Source: Acidobacteriaceae bacterium (GTDB taxonomy: Bacteria; Acidobacteriota; Terriglobia; Terriglobales; Acidobacteriaceae). From it: a DNA stretch of 64,000 nucleotides. Location: assembly GCA_003134655.1 (NCBI GenBank), contig PLBY01000063.1:401-64400 (forward strand), in the 5' to 3' direction. A model generated the notes under the pieces. The model had not been told where the DNA came from. It saw nothing but the letters and a program-made list of their open reading frames with translations, and made no database searches. The position numbers were made by a program, and so were the translations under genes. Below are positions 48,251-56,222 of this stretch, piece by piece (the stretch's first letter is position 1; the number at the start of each line of letters is the position of its first letter).

Positions 48251-49849
48251 GTGCAAACCGAGCAAGTGCATACCGAGCCCGAGCAAAGCGAGTCGTCAAC
48301 CGCCCGCCCGGCGTCAGCTGTCCTCAGAGCCGTTCCACTCTGGCAAGTGGGCATCCTGGCGGCGCTTTTGGTCTGGCTTTATTGGCCGACTCTCGTACGC
48401 CTGGTCCATCAGTGGCGGACCGATGACAATACCTCACACGGGTTCATCGTCCCTTTGTTCTCCGCCTTCGTGATCTGGCAGCAGCGCGATCGCCTCGCTC
48501 GGATCCTCACTCGGCCATCCTGGTCCGGCCTGGCCGCTCTGGTGGCCGGCCTGGGAGTTCTCATCTTAGGCCGCATGGGCGCGGAACTCTTCCTCGAGCG
48601 CTCTTCGGTGCTGCTGGTTCTGGCCGGGCTGGTAATCCTTCTTATCGGATGGAATTTTTTCCGCGCTGTGTTGTTCCCCTGGGCATTCCTGCTGATGATG
48701 ATCCCCATTCCCACCATCGTTCTGAATCAGATCACCTTCCCGCTACAACTGCTCGCCTCGCAGGTCGCTGCCACAGTGCTCCCCGTGTTCGGAGTTCCGG
48801 TCCTGCGCGAGGGCAACGTAATCAATCTGGCTGCCATGCCTCTCGAAGTGGCCGAGGCCTGCAGCGGCATTCGCTCTCTCATGTCTCTGGTGGCGCTCGC
48901 GATCATCTACGGATATCTGCTGGAAAAGCGCCTCTGGGTGCGCTGGTTGCTCGCTCTCGCCGCCGTGCCCATCACGGTTTTCGCCAACGATGTCCGCATT
49001 GTCGGCACCGGATTGCTCGTCCAGTATTGGGGTCCCGAGGCAGCCGAGGGCTATTTCCACGCTTCCTGGGGATTGATCACCTTCGCCATTTCTCTGCTCA
49101 TGTTCTACGGTCTGCACTCACTCATCCGCTTCTTTTTCCCCGAGAAGGGCGATGAGTCGCTCACAGCGGGCACTCCGGCAAGAATGACGGTGTTCCCGGT
49201 TGTGAAGAGCTCCACCACAAGTTTCGTCCTGGCCACTCTGCTGATCGCCAGCGCGGCCGTGCTCCTTCACGCACGCGCAGGCAGCGAAGTCTTTCCGCCA
49301 CGTCTTGAGCTGAAGGAGTTCCCCACGCAATTAGGCGACTGGACCGATGAGGATCGGGCAATCGAACAGGGGTCCCTCGATGTACTCAAGCCGAGTGATT
49401 ATCTTCTGCGGGTCTACTGGAACCCGGAAAAAACTCGGTACATCGATCTGTTCATCCCTTTTTACCGCAGCCAGCGTGTCGGAGAGTCCCCCCACTCGCC
49501 ACAGCACTGCCTCCCCGGATCAGGCTGGAGCCCGCTGGAAAACGAGCGCATCACTCTCACCATCCCAGGTCACGAACCGTTTCCCGTTAACCGCTATCTG
49601 ATTGCGAAAGGCGACTCCCGGCAACTCGTTCTTTACTGGTTCTGGGCGCATAATCGCGGAGTCGCCAGCGAGTACTGGGTCAAATACTACTTGGTGAAAG
49701 ATTCCATCAAGATGAACCGCAGCGACGGTTCCCTGGTACGCGTTACGACCCCGCTCTATCCCGGCGAGACAGCCGATGCCGCGCAGCAGCGCCTTCTTCC
49801 GTTCGTAGAGAAAGTTGTGCCTCTGCTGGACAGTTACGTTCCGCGCTAA
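48251..49849 (+). CDS. Exosortase (EpsH/Xrt family) fused to a C-terminal EpsI-family domain
   Basis: WRTDDNTSHGFIVP, MMIPIP, EVAEACSGIRSL (catalytic Cys context), FANDVRIVGTG, then an extra TM and an EpsI-like periplasmic domain (FPTQLGDW..., SPHSPQHCLPGSGW, LVLYWFW). Confidence 0.9.
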   Translation: MQTEQVHTEPEQSESSTARPASAVLRAVPLWQVGILAALLVWLYWPTLVRLVHQWRTDDNTSHGFIVPLFSAFVIWQQRDRLARILTRPSWSGLAALVAGLGVLILGRMGAELFLERSSVLLVLAGLVILLIGWNFFRAVLFPWAFLLMMIPIPTIVLNQITFPLQLLASQVAATVLPVFGVPVLREGNVINLAAMPLEVAEACSGIRSLMSLVALAIIYGYLLEKRLWVRWLLALAAVPITVFANDVRIVGTGLLVQYWGPEAAEGYFHASWGLITFAISLLMFYGLHSLIRFFFPEKGDESLTAGTPARMTVFPVVKSSTTSFVLATLLIASAAVLLHARAGSEVFPPRLELKEFPTQLGDWTDEDRAIEQGSLDVLKPSDYLLRVYWNPEKTRYIDLFIPFYRSQRVGESPHSPQHCLPGSGWSPLENERITLTIPGHEPFPVNRYLIAKGDSRQLVLYWFWAHNRGVASEYWVKYYLVKDSIKMNRSDGSLVRVTTPLYPGETADAAQQRLLPFVEKVVPLLDSYVPR

Positions 49850-49981
49850 CGAGATTCCTTCAATCGCGATCAAAGTATGACTCCAGTAACTGTTTTCCTC
49901 GGTTACCTTGCAGTATCATGAGGCGTTGTGCGGAGGAATGCCCTCGTGTGCCTTCCGCATCCGCAGTTGGAGAATCCCAAT

Positions 49982-52297
49982 ATGAGTCGCTCCGTGTCCG
50001 TCCGTTTGCTTCTGGCCTGCTCCCTTCTGCTTGTTGCGTTTACCGGCTGCTCCCGTGACCCCAACGTGCGCAAGCAGAAATATTTCGAAAGCGGCGAAAA
50101 ATATTTTGCGGAGGGCAAGTACCGCGAGGCGGAAATCCAGTATCGCAATGCCATCCAGGTTGATTCCCGCTTCGCCCAGGCCCACTACCAACTCAGCCAG
50201 GCCTACCTCAAGCTGGGCGACAGCAACCGCGCCTTCCAGGAATTGAACCGTGCCGTTGAACTTGCTCCCGATAACTATCGTGCCCATACTGATCTCGCGA
50301 ACCTTCTCGTCACGGTAAGAAATCCCGACGGCAGTACGGTTCCGGACACTCTCAAGCAGGCAAAGGTCCACCTCGATATCCTCCGCGACAAGCAGCCCAA
50401 CAGCCCCGAAACCCACGAGGCCTGGGCCAACTATTACGGGGCGCAAAGCAATATTGCCGCTGCCATGCAAGAGATGCAGCAGGCCATCGCCGCCGACCCC
50501 AACCGCTCCGAGTCCTATCTGTTGCTTGCCCTGTTCCAACTCCGCTCCAACCTGCCCGACCAGGCCGAGTCCAATTTCAAGAAGGCAGCCGAAACCGATC
50601 CTAAAGCCATCAACGCTCAATTGGCTCTGGGCGGCTTCTACCAGTCGCGGAACCGCTTGCCTGAAGCCGAAGCGCAGTATAAACACGCCATCGGAGTTGC
50701 CCCGAAAAACCCGGCGCCGCGCGCTGCCCTGGTCCGGTTGCTGATGCAAGAAGGCAAGAAGGACGAGACTGAATCCTTCCTGCGGCAAACCAAGAAGGAT
50801 CTTTCCGATAATCCCGAAGGCTATCGCATGCTCGGCGACTTCTACGCGACTTTCGATATCGACAAAGCCACTGCCGAATACAGTTCGCTTTATAACGAGC
50901 ACCCAAAAGATATTCAGGTCAAGAAGAACTACATCCAACTCCTGATCCTGAAGAACCGCCTCGACGAAGCCACCAAACTCGACAACGAGATCCTGAAGGC
51001 CAACGCCCACGACGTGGAAGGCCTCGTGTTCAGGGCCCAGGTCCAGCTTCGCCAGAATGACGCCAACGGCGCCGTGGACTCGCTGCAGAGCGCGCTCCGC
51101 AACGATCCTGACAACGCAGTCGCCCACTACCAGTTGGGAAATGCTTTCGCCCTGCAGCACAATGACAGCCGCGCAGAATCGGAGTGGCGTGAGGCAGTCA
51201 GACTCCGTCCGGACCTGACCGATGCGCTGCGCTCCCTGGCGGCCCTGGAATTGCGCCGGGGCGATATCGATGCCCTGCTCCAGACCGCGCAGCAGATCAT
51301 CACCGCCCAGCCGTATTCACCGGACGGCTTTATCTTCAAAGGCATTGCGGATCTCGCCCGCCTGAAATACAACGACGCTCAGCAGGACGCCGAACACGCC
51401 ATGCAGCGGGCACCCCAGATTCCTGCTCCCTACGTCCAGATGGGCACCATTCAGCTTGCGCAGAAGCATTACCCTGAGGCGGAGAAGTTCTACCAGCAGG
51501 CGCTCGATAAGGATCCTTCTTCCGCCGAGGGCCTCAGCGGCCTGATGAACACTTATTTCGCGCAGAAGGAATACGACAAGGCGATCGTAGCGGCCAACAC
51601 TCAAATCGCCAAGTCTCCCAACAACGCCAATTTCTACGACCTGCTCGGCACCGCGCTCTTCAACGGCAAGAAAGATCTGCCCGGCGCCGAAGCCGCCCTG
51701 CACAAAGCCATCGAGCTCGACAAGAACAACTCCGATGCCATCGAAAAACTCGGCAAAGTGCAAGTGCAGGAGGGCGCCGCTGACAAGGCTCTCGCTCTCT
51801 ACCAGCAATCCATTAAAGACAATCCGCGGGAAGTCACCTTTTATATTCTTTCCGGTGAATTGTATGAAGCGAAAAAGGACTGGGATCACGCCAAAGGCAT
51901 GTACCAGCAGGCGCTCAGCATTTCCCCCGATCATCCTCTCGCTTCCAACAATCTCGCCTACGTGATTCTCGAGCAGGGCGGCAACGTAGATGTCGCGATG
52001 GGCCTGGCGCAGACGGCGCGCCGCGGCATGCCCGACTCGCCCAACGCCGCCGATACGCTTGGCTGGGCCTACTATCAGAAGGGCGTCTACCAGTCCGCGA
52101 TCGGTCAGTTTCAGGCAGCCTTGCGGCTGGCCGAAAAGCGTGGCGATCCCGACGACGCCGACTTCCACTACCACCTCGGCGTCGCGTATCAGAAAGCCAA
52201 CCAGGACGCGCAGGCCCGCCAGCAATTGGAGAAGGCTGTAAGGCTAAGTCCCAACCACACCGACGCCAAGAAAGCCTTGTCGGAACTCCACGGCTAG
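49982..52297 (+). CDS. prsT: PEP-CTERM-system TPR-repeat lipoprotein (PrsT-like)
   Basis: Lipoprotein signal LLLACSLLLVAFTGC from ATG 49982. About 770 aa of consecutive TPR units (YRNAIQVDSRFAQAHYQLSQAYLKLGD...). Adjacent to the exosortase. Confidence 0.8.
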   Translation: MSRSVSVRLLLACSLLLVAFTGCSRDPNVRKQKYFESGEKYFAEGKYREAEIQYRNAIQVDSRFAQAHYQLSQAYLKLGDSNRAFQELNRAVELAPDNYRAHTDLANLLVTVRNPDGSTVPDTLKQAKVHLDILRDKQPNSPETHEAWANYYGAQSNIAAAMQEMQQAIAADPNRSESYLLLALFQLRSNLPDQAESNFKKAAETDPKAINAQLALGGFYQSRNRLPEAEAQYKHAIGVAPKNPAPRAALVRLLMQEGKKDETESFLRQTKKDLSDNPEGYRMLGDFYATFDIDKATAEYSSLYNEHPKDIQVKKNYIQLLILKNRLDEATKLDNEILKANAHDVEGLVFRAQVQLRQNDANGAVDSLQSALRNDPDNAVAHYQLGNAFALQHNDSRAESEWREAVRLRPDLTDALRSLAALELRRGDIDALLQTAQQIITAQPYSPDGFIFKGIADLARLKYNDAQQDAEHAMQRAPQIPAPYVQMGTIQLAQKHYPEAEKFYQQALDKDPSSAEGLSGLMNTYFAQKEYDKAIVAANTQIAKSPNNANFYDLLGTALFNGKKDLPGAEAALHKAIELDKNNSDAIEKLGKVQVQEGAADKALALYQQSIKDNPREVTFYILSGELYEAKKDWDHAKGMYQQALSISPDHPLASNNLAYVILEQGGNVDVAMGLAQTARRGMPDSPNAADTLGWAYYQKGVYQSAIGQFQAALRLAEKRGDPDDADFHYHLGVAYQKANQDAQARQQLEKAVRLSPNHTDAKKALSELHG

Positions 52298-52336
52298 AGC
52301 CCGCTCGATATTCCGACTCAAGGACCAAAACAAAAA

Positions 52337-52354
52337 CCCCGCCTCGCGGCGGGG
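52337..52354. terminator. Bidirectional rho-independent terminator between convergent prsT-like and PEP-CTERM genes
   Basis: CCCCGCC-tcgc-GGCGGGG stem-loop flanked by an A-run (caaaaacaaaaa) on the left and TTCTGTTT on the right. Confidence 0.7.
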
Positions 52355-52383
52355 TTCTGTTTCATGAAGTGCAAAAAACTGCT

Positions 52384-52992
52384 TTAGCCCTTCAGCTTGC
52401 GACGAACCAGTCCAGCCAGACCGATCAACCCAGTTCCCAACAGGCTCAACGAGCCCGGTTCCGGAACTACGATGTTCGTGTCACCGCTCGAAATGGTCGT
52501 GCTGCCGTTGAAGTAGCCTCTGCCGGTGTTGATCGTCAACTGCACGGTCACACCTACGGTCGCCGCTCCGGAGCCGGTCCAGCCCGTTAGGGCGCCGGTC
52601 AGAGTGTAGTTATGCGTTCCGTTGGCCAGAGTCACCAGCGTCCAGGTCACAGGACCGTCAAACGTTCCCGTAAACAGGGTTCCGTTCGGAACTCCGCTGG
52701 TGCCGTTTCCAGTGATGGTGAACCATCCACCACCCGCGAATGTGCCGCCCATTTGCAACGAACCGCTCGTGAGGGCACCGGTTGAGAAGCCGACGCTGCC
52801 CAGGTTGTTCCCTGTGATCAGCCCGCCTCCATTGAGCCCATTAACGGCAATCAAGACGGATCCGCTCAGCGAAAGTCCCGCGCTCGAACCCGACAAGGTA
52901 CCGCCACTATTGGTGTAGTCTACGCTGCTGCCGGCAAACATCGCCGTTGGCAGGGCCAGTGCCAGTACAGCAAGCAAGAGGATTTTCTTCAT
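52384..52992 (-). CDS. PEP-CTERM sorting-domain protein (Gly/Ser/Thr-rich secreted protein)
   Basis: Signal peptide MKKILLLAVLALALPTAMFA. Canonical C-terminus VPEPGSLSLLGTGLIGLAGLVRRKLKG (PEP motif, TM, basic cluster). AGGAG RBS. Confidence 0.9.
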   Translation of the reverse strand: MKKILLLAVLALALPTAMFAGSSVDYTNSGGTLSGSSAGLSLSGSVLIAVNGLNGGGLITGNNLGSVGFSTGALTSGSLQMGGTFAGGGWFTITGNGTSGVPNGTLFTGTFDGPVTWTLVTLANGTHNYTLTGALTGWTGSGAATVGVTVQLTINTGRGYFNGSTTISSGDTNIVVPEPGSLSLLGTGLIGLAGLVRRKLKG

Positions 52993-53090
52993 TGTACTTT
53001 CTCCTAGGAGTTATTCCGCCTGGGTCTTCAAATCTCCGACGACCTGTGGCTCATACCTTATGAGATAGGCTAAGGTACTGCCCCTTAATA

Positions 53091-53106
53091 TGCACCTCGA
53101 GTACCA
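53091..53106 (-). promoter_or_regulatory. Candidate sigma54 (-24/-12) promoter of the PEP-CTERM protein gene
   Basis: Minus strand reads TGGTACTCGAGGTGCA, against consensus TGGCAC-N5-TTGCW. The GG and GC invariants are at the correct spacing, about 100 nt upstream of the ATG. Confidence 0.55.
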
Positions 53107-53245
53107 AAGTGCGCAGTTCTGTAAGCCACCGGCTGAGAAGGACTTATGGGATATTCCAGACTTGCGCGTGGGGTGGAAAGTGAAAACGAATGCGCAACAT
53201 CGCAAAAATACGGGAGAAGCCGCGCCTGGGGCGGCAAGTGGGGGA

Positions 53246-53284
53246 ATGAAGTCGCAGGATGAAGTCGCAGGATGAAGTCGAAGT
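53246..53284. repeat. Three tandem 13-bp repeats ATGAAGTCGCAGG / ATGAAGTCGCAGG / ATGAAGTCGAAGT
   Basis: Read directly from the sequence. Located between the EBP stop (53303) and the sigma54-like promoter at 53091-53106. Confidence 0.9.
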
Positions 53285-53302
53285 TGCGAGATGCTACCGT
53301 GC

Positions 53303-54364
53303 TCAGTCCGCTGCTATGTCCTGCTTGGGGCTATCCGCGTCCCGCCGCTTGACCACCCGGTTCGAGGGCAGTCCGGCTTCGCGGATCTTGTAGAGCAAGG
53401 CGCGATAGCTGATGCTCAACGCCCGCGCCGTCTGCTTTCGGTTCCAATGACAATTCTGCAGAACCTTCAGGATGACTTTCCGCTCTAACTCGCGTACTGC
53501 CTGGCGGGTCAGCTTCTTCAGCGAAATCTGCCCGTCGACTGGGATTTCCGCGTTGAAGAAGTCGGTGGCCCGCGGCGCCAGATCGGACGAAATCACTTCT
53601 TCGTTGCCCAGAATCACGTAGCGCTTCACCAGGTTTTCCAACTCGCGGATGTTGCCCGGCCAGTGATATTTGCGCAACTCTGACATCAATTCGCTGGAGA
53701 GAGCGCGCGCCCGGCAGTTGTACTTCCGGTTGTGATACTCGAGAAAATACGCGACCAGTTCAGGAATGTCGCTCGCCCGTTCGCGCAGCGGAGGCAGGTG
53801 CAGATTCACCACATTGATCCGGTAAAACAGGTCCGATCGGAACGTGCCGTTTTCAATCTCCTGTTCCAGTTTGCGGTTGGTCGCGCACACCACCCGCACT
53901 TCTACTTTCTTGTCTTCCTGCGCGCCGATGCGGCAGAACTGCCCGTCCTGCAGGAGTTGCAGCAACTTCGACTGCAACGACATATCCAACTCGGAGATTT
54001 CGTCCAGAAACAGCGTGCCCCGGTGCGCCATCTCCACGCGCCCCGGCTTCATTCCGTAAGCGCCCGTGAACGCGCCCTTTTCGTAGCCGAACAATTCGCT
54101 CTCGAGCAGCGTGCCCGGAATCGCCGGACAATTCACTTTCACCCACGGGCCAGTGCGCCAGGGCGAAGTCGCATGAATCATGCGTGCGATGATGTCTTTG
54201 CCCGTTCCGCTCTCGCCCTGGATCAGAACCGGGACGTTGGCACTCGCCAGTTTGGTCAGGCGGTCGCGCACCGCCCGCATGCCCTCGGTGCGCCCGAAAA
54301 CAATCGCGTCGGGCGGCATTTCCCCCAAAGGCTGGACGAGTGAATTCACACTACTGGTTGTCAT
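53303..54364 (-). CDS. Sigma54-dependent activator (EBP) lacking any N-terminal sensory/receiver domain
   Basis: AAA+ core starts at about residue 25. Walker A GESGTGKD, ESELFGYEKGAFTGA, Walker B LFLDEI, C-terminal Fis-type HTH (HWNRKQTARALSISYRALLYKIRE). Confidence 0.9.
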   Translation of the reverse strand: MTTSSVNSLVQPLGEMPPDAIVFGRTEGMRAVRDRLTKLASANVPVLIQGESGTGKDIIARMIHATSPWRTGPWVKVNCPAIPGTLLESELFGYEKGAFTGAYGMKPGRVEMAHRGTLFLDEISELDMSLQSKLLQLLQDGQFCRIGAQEDKKVEVRVVCATNRKLEQEIENGTFRSDLFYRINVVNLHLPPLRERASDIPELVAYFLEYHNRKYNCRARALSSELMSELRKYHWPGNIRELENLVKRYVILGNEEVISSDLAPRATDFFNAEIPVDGQISLKKLTRQAVRELERKVILKVLQNCHWNRKQTARALSISYRALLYKIREAGLPSNRVVKRRDADSPKQDIAAD

Positions 54365-54401
54365 GGCTGGTTTCTACCAATTGGGGGGAGAGACACTACC
54401 C

Positions 54402-54417
54402 TGCACCCGGAGAGCCA
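54402..54417 (-). promoter_or_regulatory. Candidate sigma54 (-24/-12) promoter of the domain-less EBP gene
   Basis: Minus strand reads TGGCTCTCCGGGTGCA, 38 nt upstream of the ATG. GG-N10-GC spacing correct. Confidence 0.45.
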
Positions 54418-54564
54418 AAGGCACCCCGGCACACGACCGACCACCCAACTCTAACTTATGTAGTTGAAGAGTATCAACTTACCAAAGAGCAGGATGGGCA
54501 TACCCCGGTAATCAGGGATTGGTCCCAAGGGTAACACTCTGGAAGGCAGGATGCGCAAACATTT

Positions 54565-54942
54565 TCACACCGCAGAAGCGATTTTCCGCCGTCGGCCATT
54601 TGGACTGCCAGGCAGAAGCAACGGACGCGCGAACTTCAGGCCGAGCAAGTAGTACCCTTCGGCCGGAGTGCTGCGCAGAGCCTTGGCACGCAGGGTCCGG
54701 GACGCATTTGGCAATAACGCTAGCGCCGCCACCGGCGCACTGGGGATTTCCAGCCGGATCTGAGCAATCGCGGGCAAAGCCCGCCGAATTGCGACCAACA
54801 TCCCGCCCGCGCTCACGTTCAAGGCGGTCGCAAACTCAAGAAAGTCCTTGCCCTTCCCATCACGGCTGCGAACGAAAACGGGGACAGCCAGCGGCAACCT
54901 TGCCCACTTCCGCCGCTCATTTCCCGCTTTTCCGCCGTTCAT
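54565..54942 (-). CDS. Single-domain PilZ protein (c-di-GMP receptor type)
   Basis: ERRKWARLPL (RRxxxR) followed by ALNVSAGGMLV ((D/N)xSxxG) at the canonical spacing. 125 aa. Confidence 0.75.
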   Translation of the reverse strand: MNGGKAGNERRKWARLPLAVPVFVRSRDGKGKDFLEFATALNVSAGGMLVAIRRALPAIAQIRLEIPSAPVAALALLPNASRTLRAKALRSTPAEGYYLLGLKFARPLLLPGSPNGRRRKIASAV

Positions 54943-55171
54943 GCAGACTTCTCCATCGCTCTAAGCCCCCACGTCGGGAGCACCTGAGGGGCCAAATCCC
55001 GGCCAAATTCCGTGCAGAACCGGGCTGGAACACTGAACTCCGCCCGTCTCGGACTGCAAAACCAGTAAAGGAGCGGCAGTTTTCCGCACTTATATTCGCT
55101 TTCTGTTCGATTCTCATAAGTCCAGCCGTCAGCCCCATAGGTCATCAAAAGTGCAACCTTTTGCTACACTT

Positions 55172-55187
55172 GGGTAATTCTCGTGCA
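55172..55187 (+). promoter_or_regulatory. Weaker candidate sigma54 promoter upstream of the kinase/regulator pair
   Basis: GGGTAATTCTCGTGCA shares the GG-N3-T-N4-GTGC layout of the three minus-strand candidates. About 110 nt upstream of ATG 55299. Confidence 0.3.
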
Positions 55188-55298
55188 TTTTCCGTTGACA
55201 ACAAATTGCGCCTGACATACGATTTTGTTACTGGCACTCGTGCTTCAAATGTCGGGTGCGGTTTCCCCTCTCCCCGTGTAAACCTGTGGTATTCCGTC

Positions 55299-56222
55299 AT
55301 GGCCAGTGTCCAAAAGAACACGTGTGTTTCTGACGCGGGAGGAATCCCGGAATCTATGCCAGTTGCTGCTACCCGACCTGACGGCGATGTACCCAGTCCG
55401 GAAAACTTGCTCCAGGAGTACAAGGAACTGCGCGAGCGTTTCCAGCGCACCACCAACGCCCTGGGCTCTGCCGCCCACGATCTCAAGACGCCGCTGTCGA
55501 TTCTGAACGGCTACGTGGATTTGCTGCAGAGCGAGAAGCTGGGCCCAATCAGCGACCGACAGCGTGAAGTCTTGCGCGACATGCAGGCCAGCGGACAGCG
55601 CCTGCAACAGTTTATTCAGGATTTCTTAACTTACAGTGCTCTCGAAACTGGGGGCCTGCGCATGCAGTTCGCGCCAGGCAACATCAACGATTGTCTGGCC
55701 GACGTATGCCGCTTGTGGTCGAATCGCTTTCAGGAACGAGGGTTGGCTCTCTATTTTCTCGCCAACGACAAACTGCCGGTTTTCCCCGTCGATTCCCCAA
55801 AACTGGAGCGCGTGATCTCGAATCTGCTGGAGAATTCCTTCAAGTTCACACCTCAGAGCGGGACGGTGTGGCTGCACGCCGAGCCCTACATGTGGGAACG
55901 CCGCGCCGCCGCTGGGCCTTCGCCTTCGGAGCGCCGCCGTCAGAGCGTCACTCAGCCCAACTCGGTCAAGGTCAGCGTGTCTGATACCGGGCCCGGAATT
56001 CCCCCGGAGTTTCATCAGGAAGTTTTTGACGATTTTTTCCGCCTTCCCAGCACCGAAGCCCAGGAGGGCACGGGATTGGGTCTCGCCATCGCGCGCCGCT
56101 TGGTGCACGGCATGGGCGGCAAGATCTGGGTCGAGAGTGATCCCGGCGCAGGCTGCAAATTTTCTTTCCTGATCCCGTTCAAACCAGCCGTGGCCGCCGC
56201 CAGCAAAGGGAAAAACCGATGA
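55299..56222 (+). CDS. Soluble histidine kinase (HisKA + HATPase_c only)
   Basis: From MASVQKNT. H-box SAAHDLKTPLS, N-box LLENSFKFT, G1 DTGPGI, G2 GTGLGLAI. No TM or sensor domain. The upstream 260 codons of the track ORF look non-coding. Stop overlaps the next start (ATGA). Confidence 0.85.
   Translation: MASVQKNTCVSDAGGIPESMPVAATRPDGDVPSPENLLQEYKELRERFQRTTNALGSAAHDLKTPLSILNGYVDLLQSEKLGPISDRQREVLRDMQASGQRLQQFIQDFLTYSALETGGLRMQFAPGNINDCLADVCRLWSNRFQERGLALYFLANDKLPVFPVDSPKLERVISNLLENSFKFTPQSGTVWLHAEPYMWERRAAAGPSPSERRRQSVTQPNSVKVSVSDTGPGIPPEFHQEVFDDFFRLPSTEAQEGTGLGLAIARRLVHGMGGKIWVESDPGAGCKFSFLIPFKPAVAAASKGKNR

Noticed and set aside
55147-55166. AGTGCAACCTTTTGCTAC as a sigma54 promoter for the kinase operon.
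   Set aside because: The -24 position reads GT rather than the invariant GG.
55232-55246. Perfect TGGCAC hexamer (TGGCACTCGTGCTTC) 62 nt upstream of the kinase start, as a possible sigma54 -24 element.
   Set aside because: The nearest GC dinucleotide is 3 nt too close (GG-N7-GC instead of GG-N10-GC). Sigma54 promoters do not tolerate this spacing.
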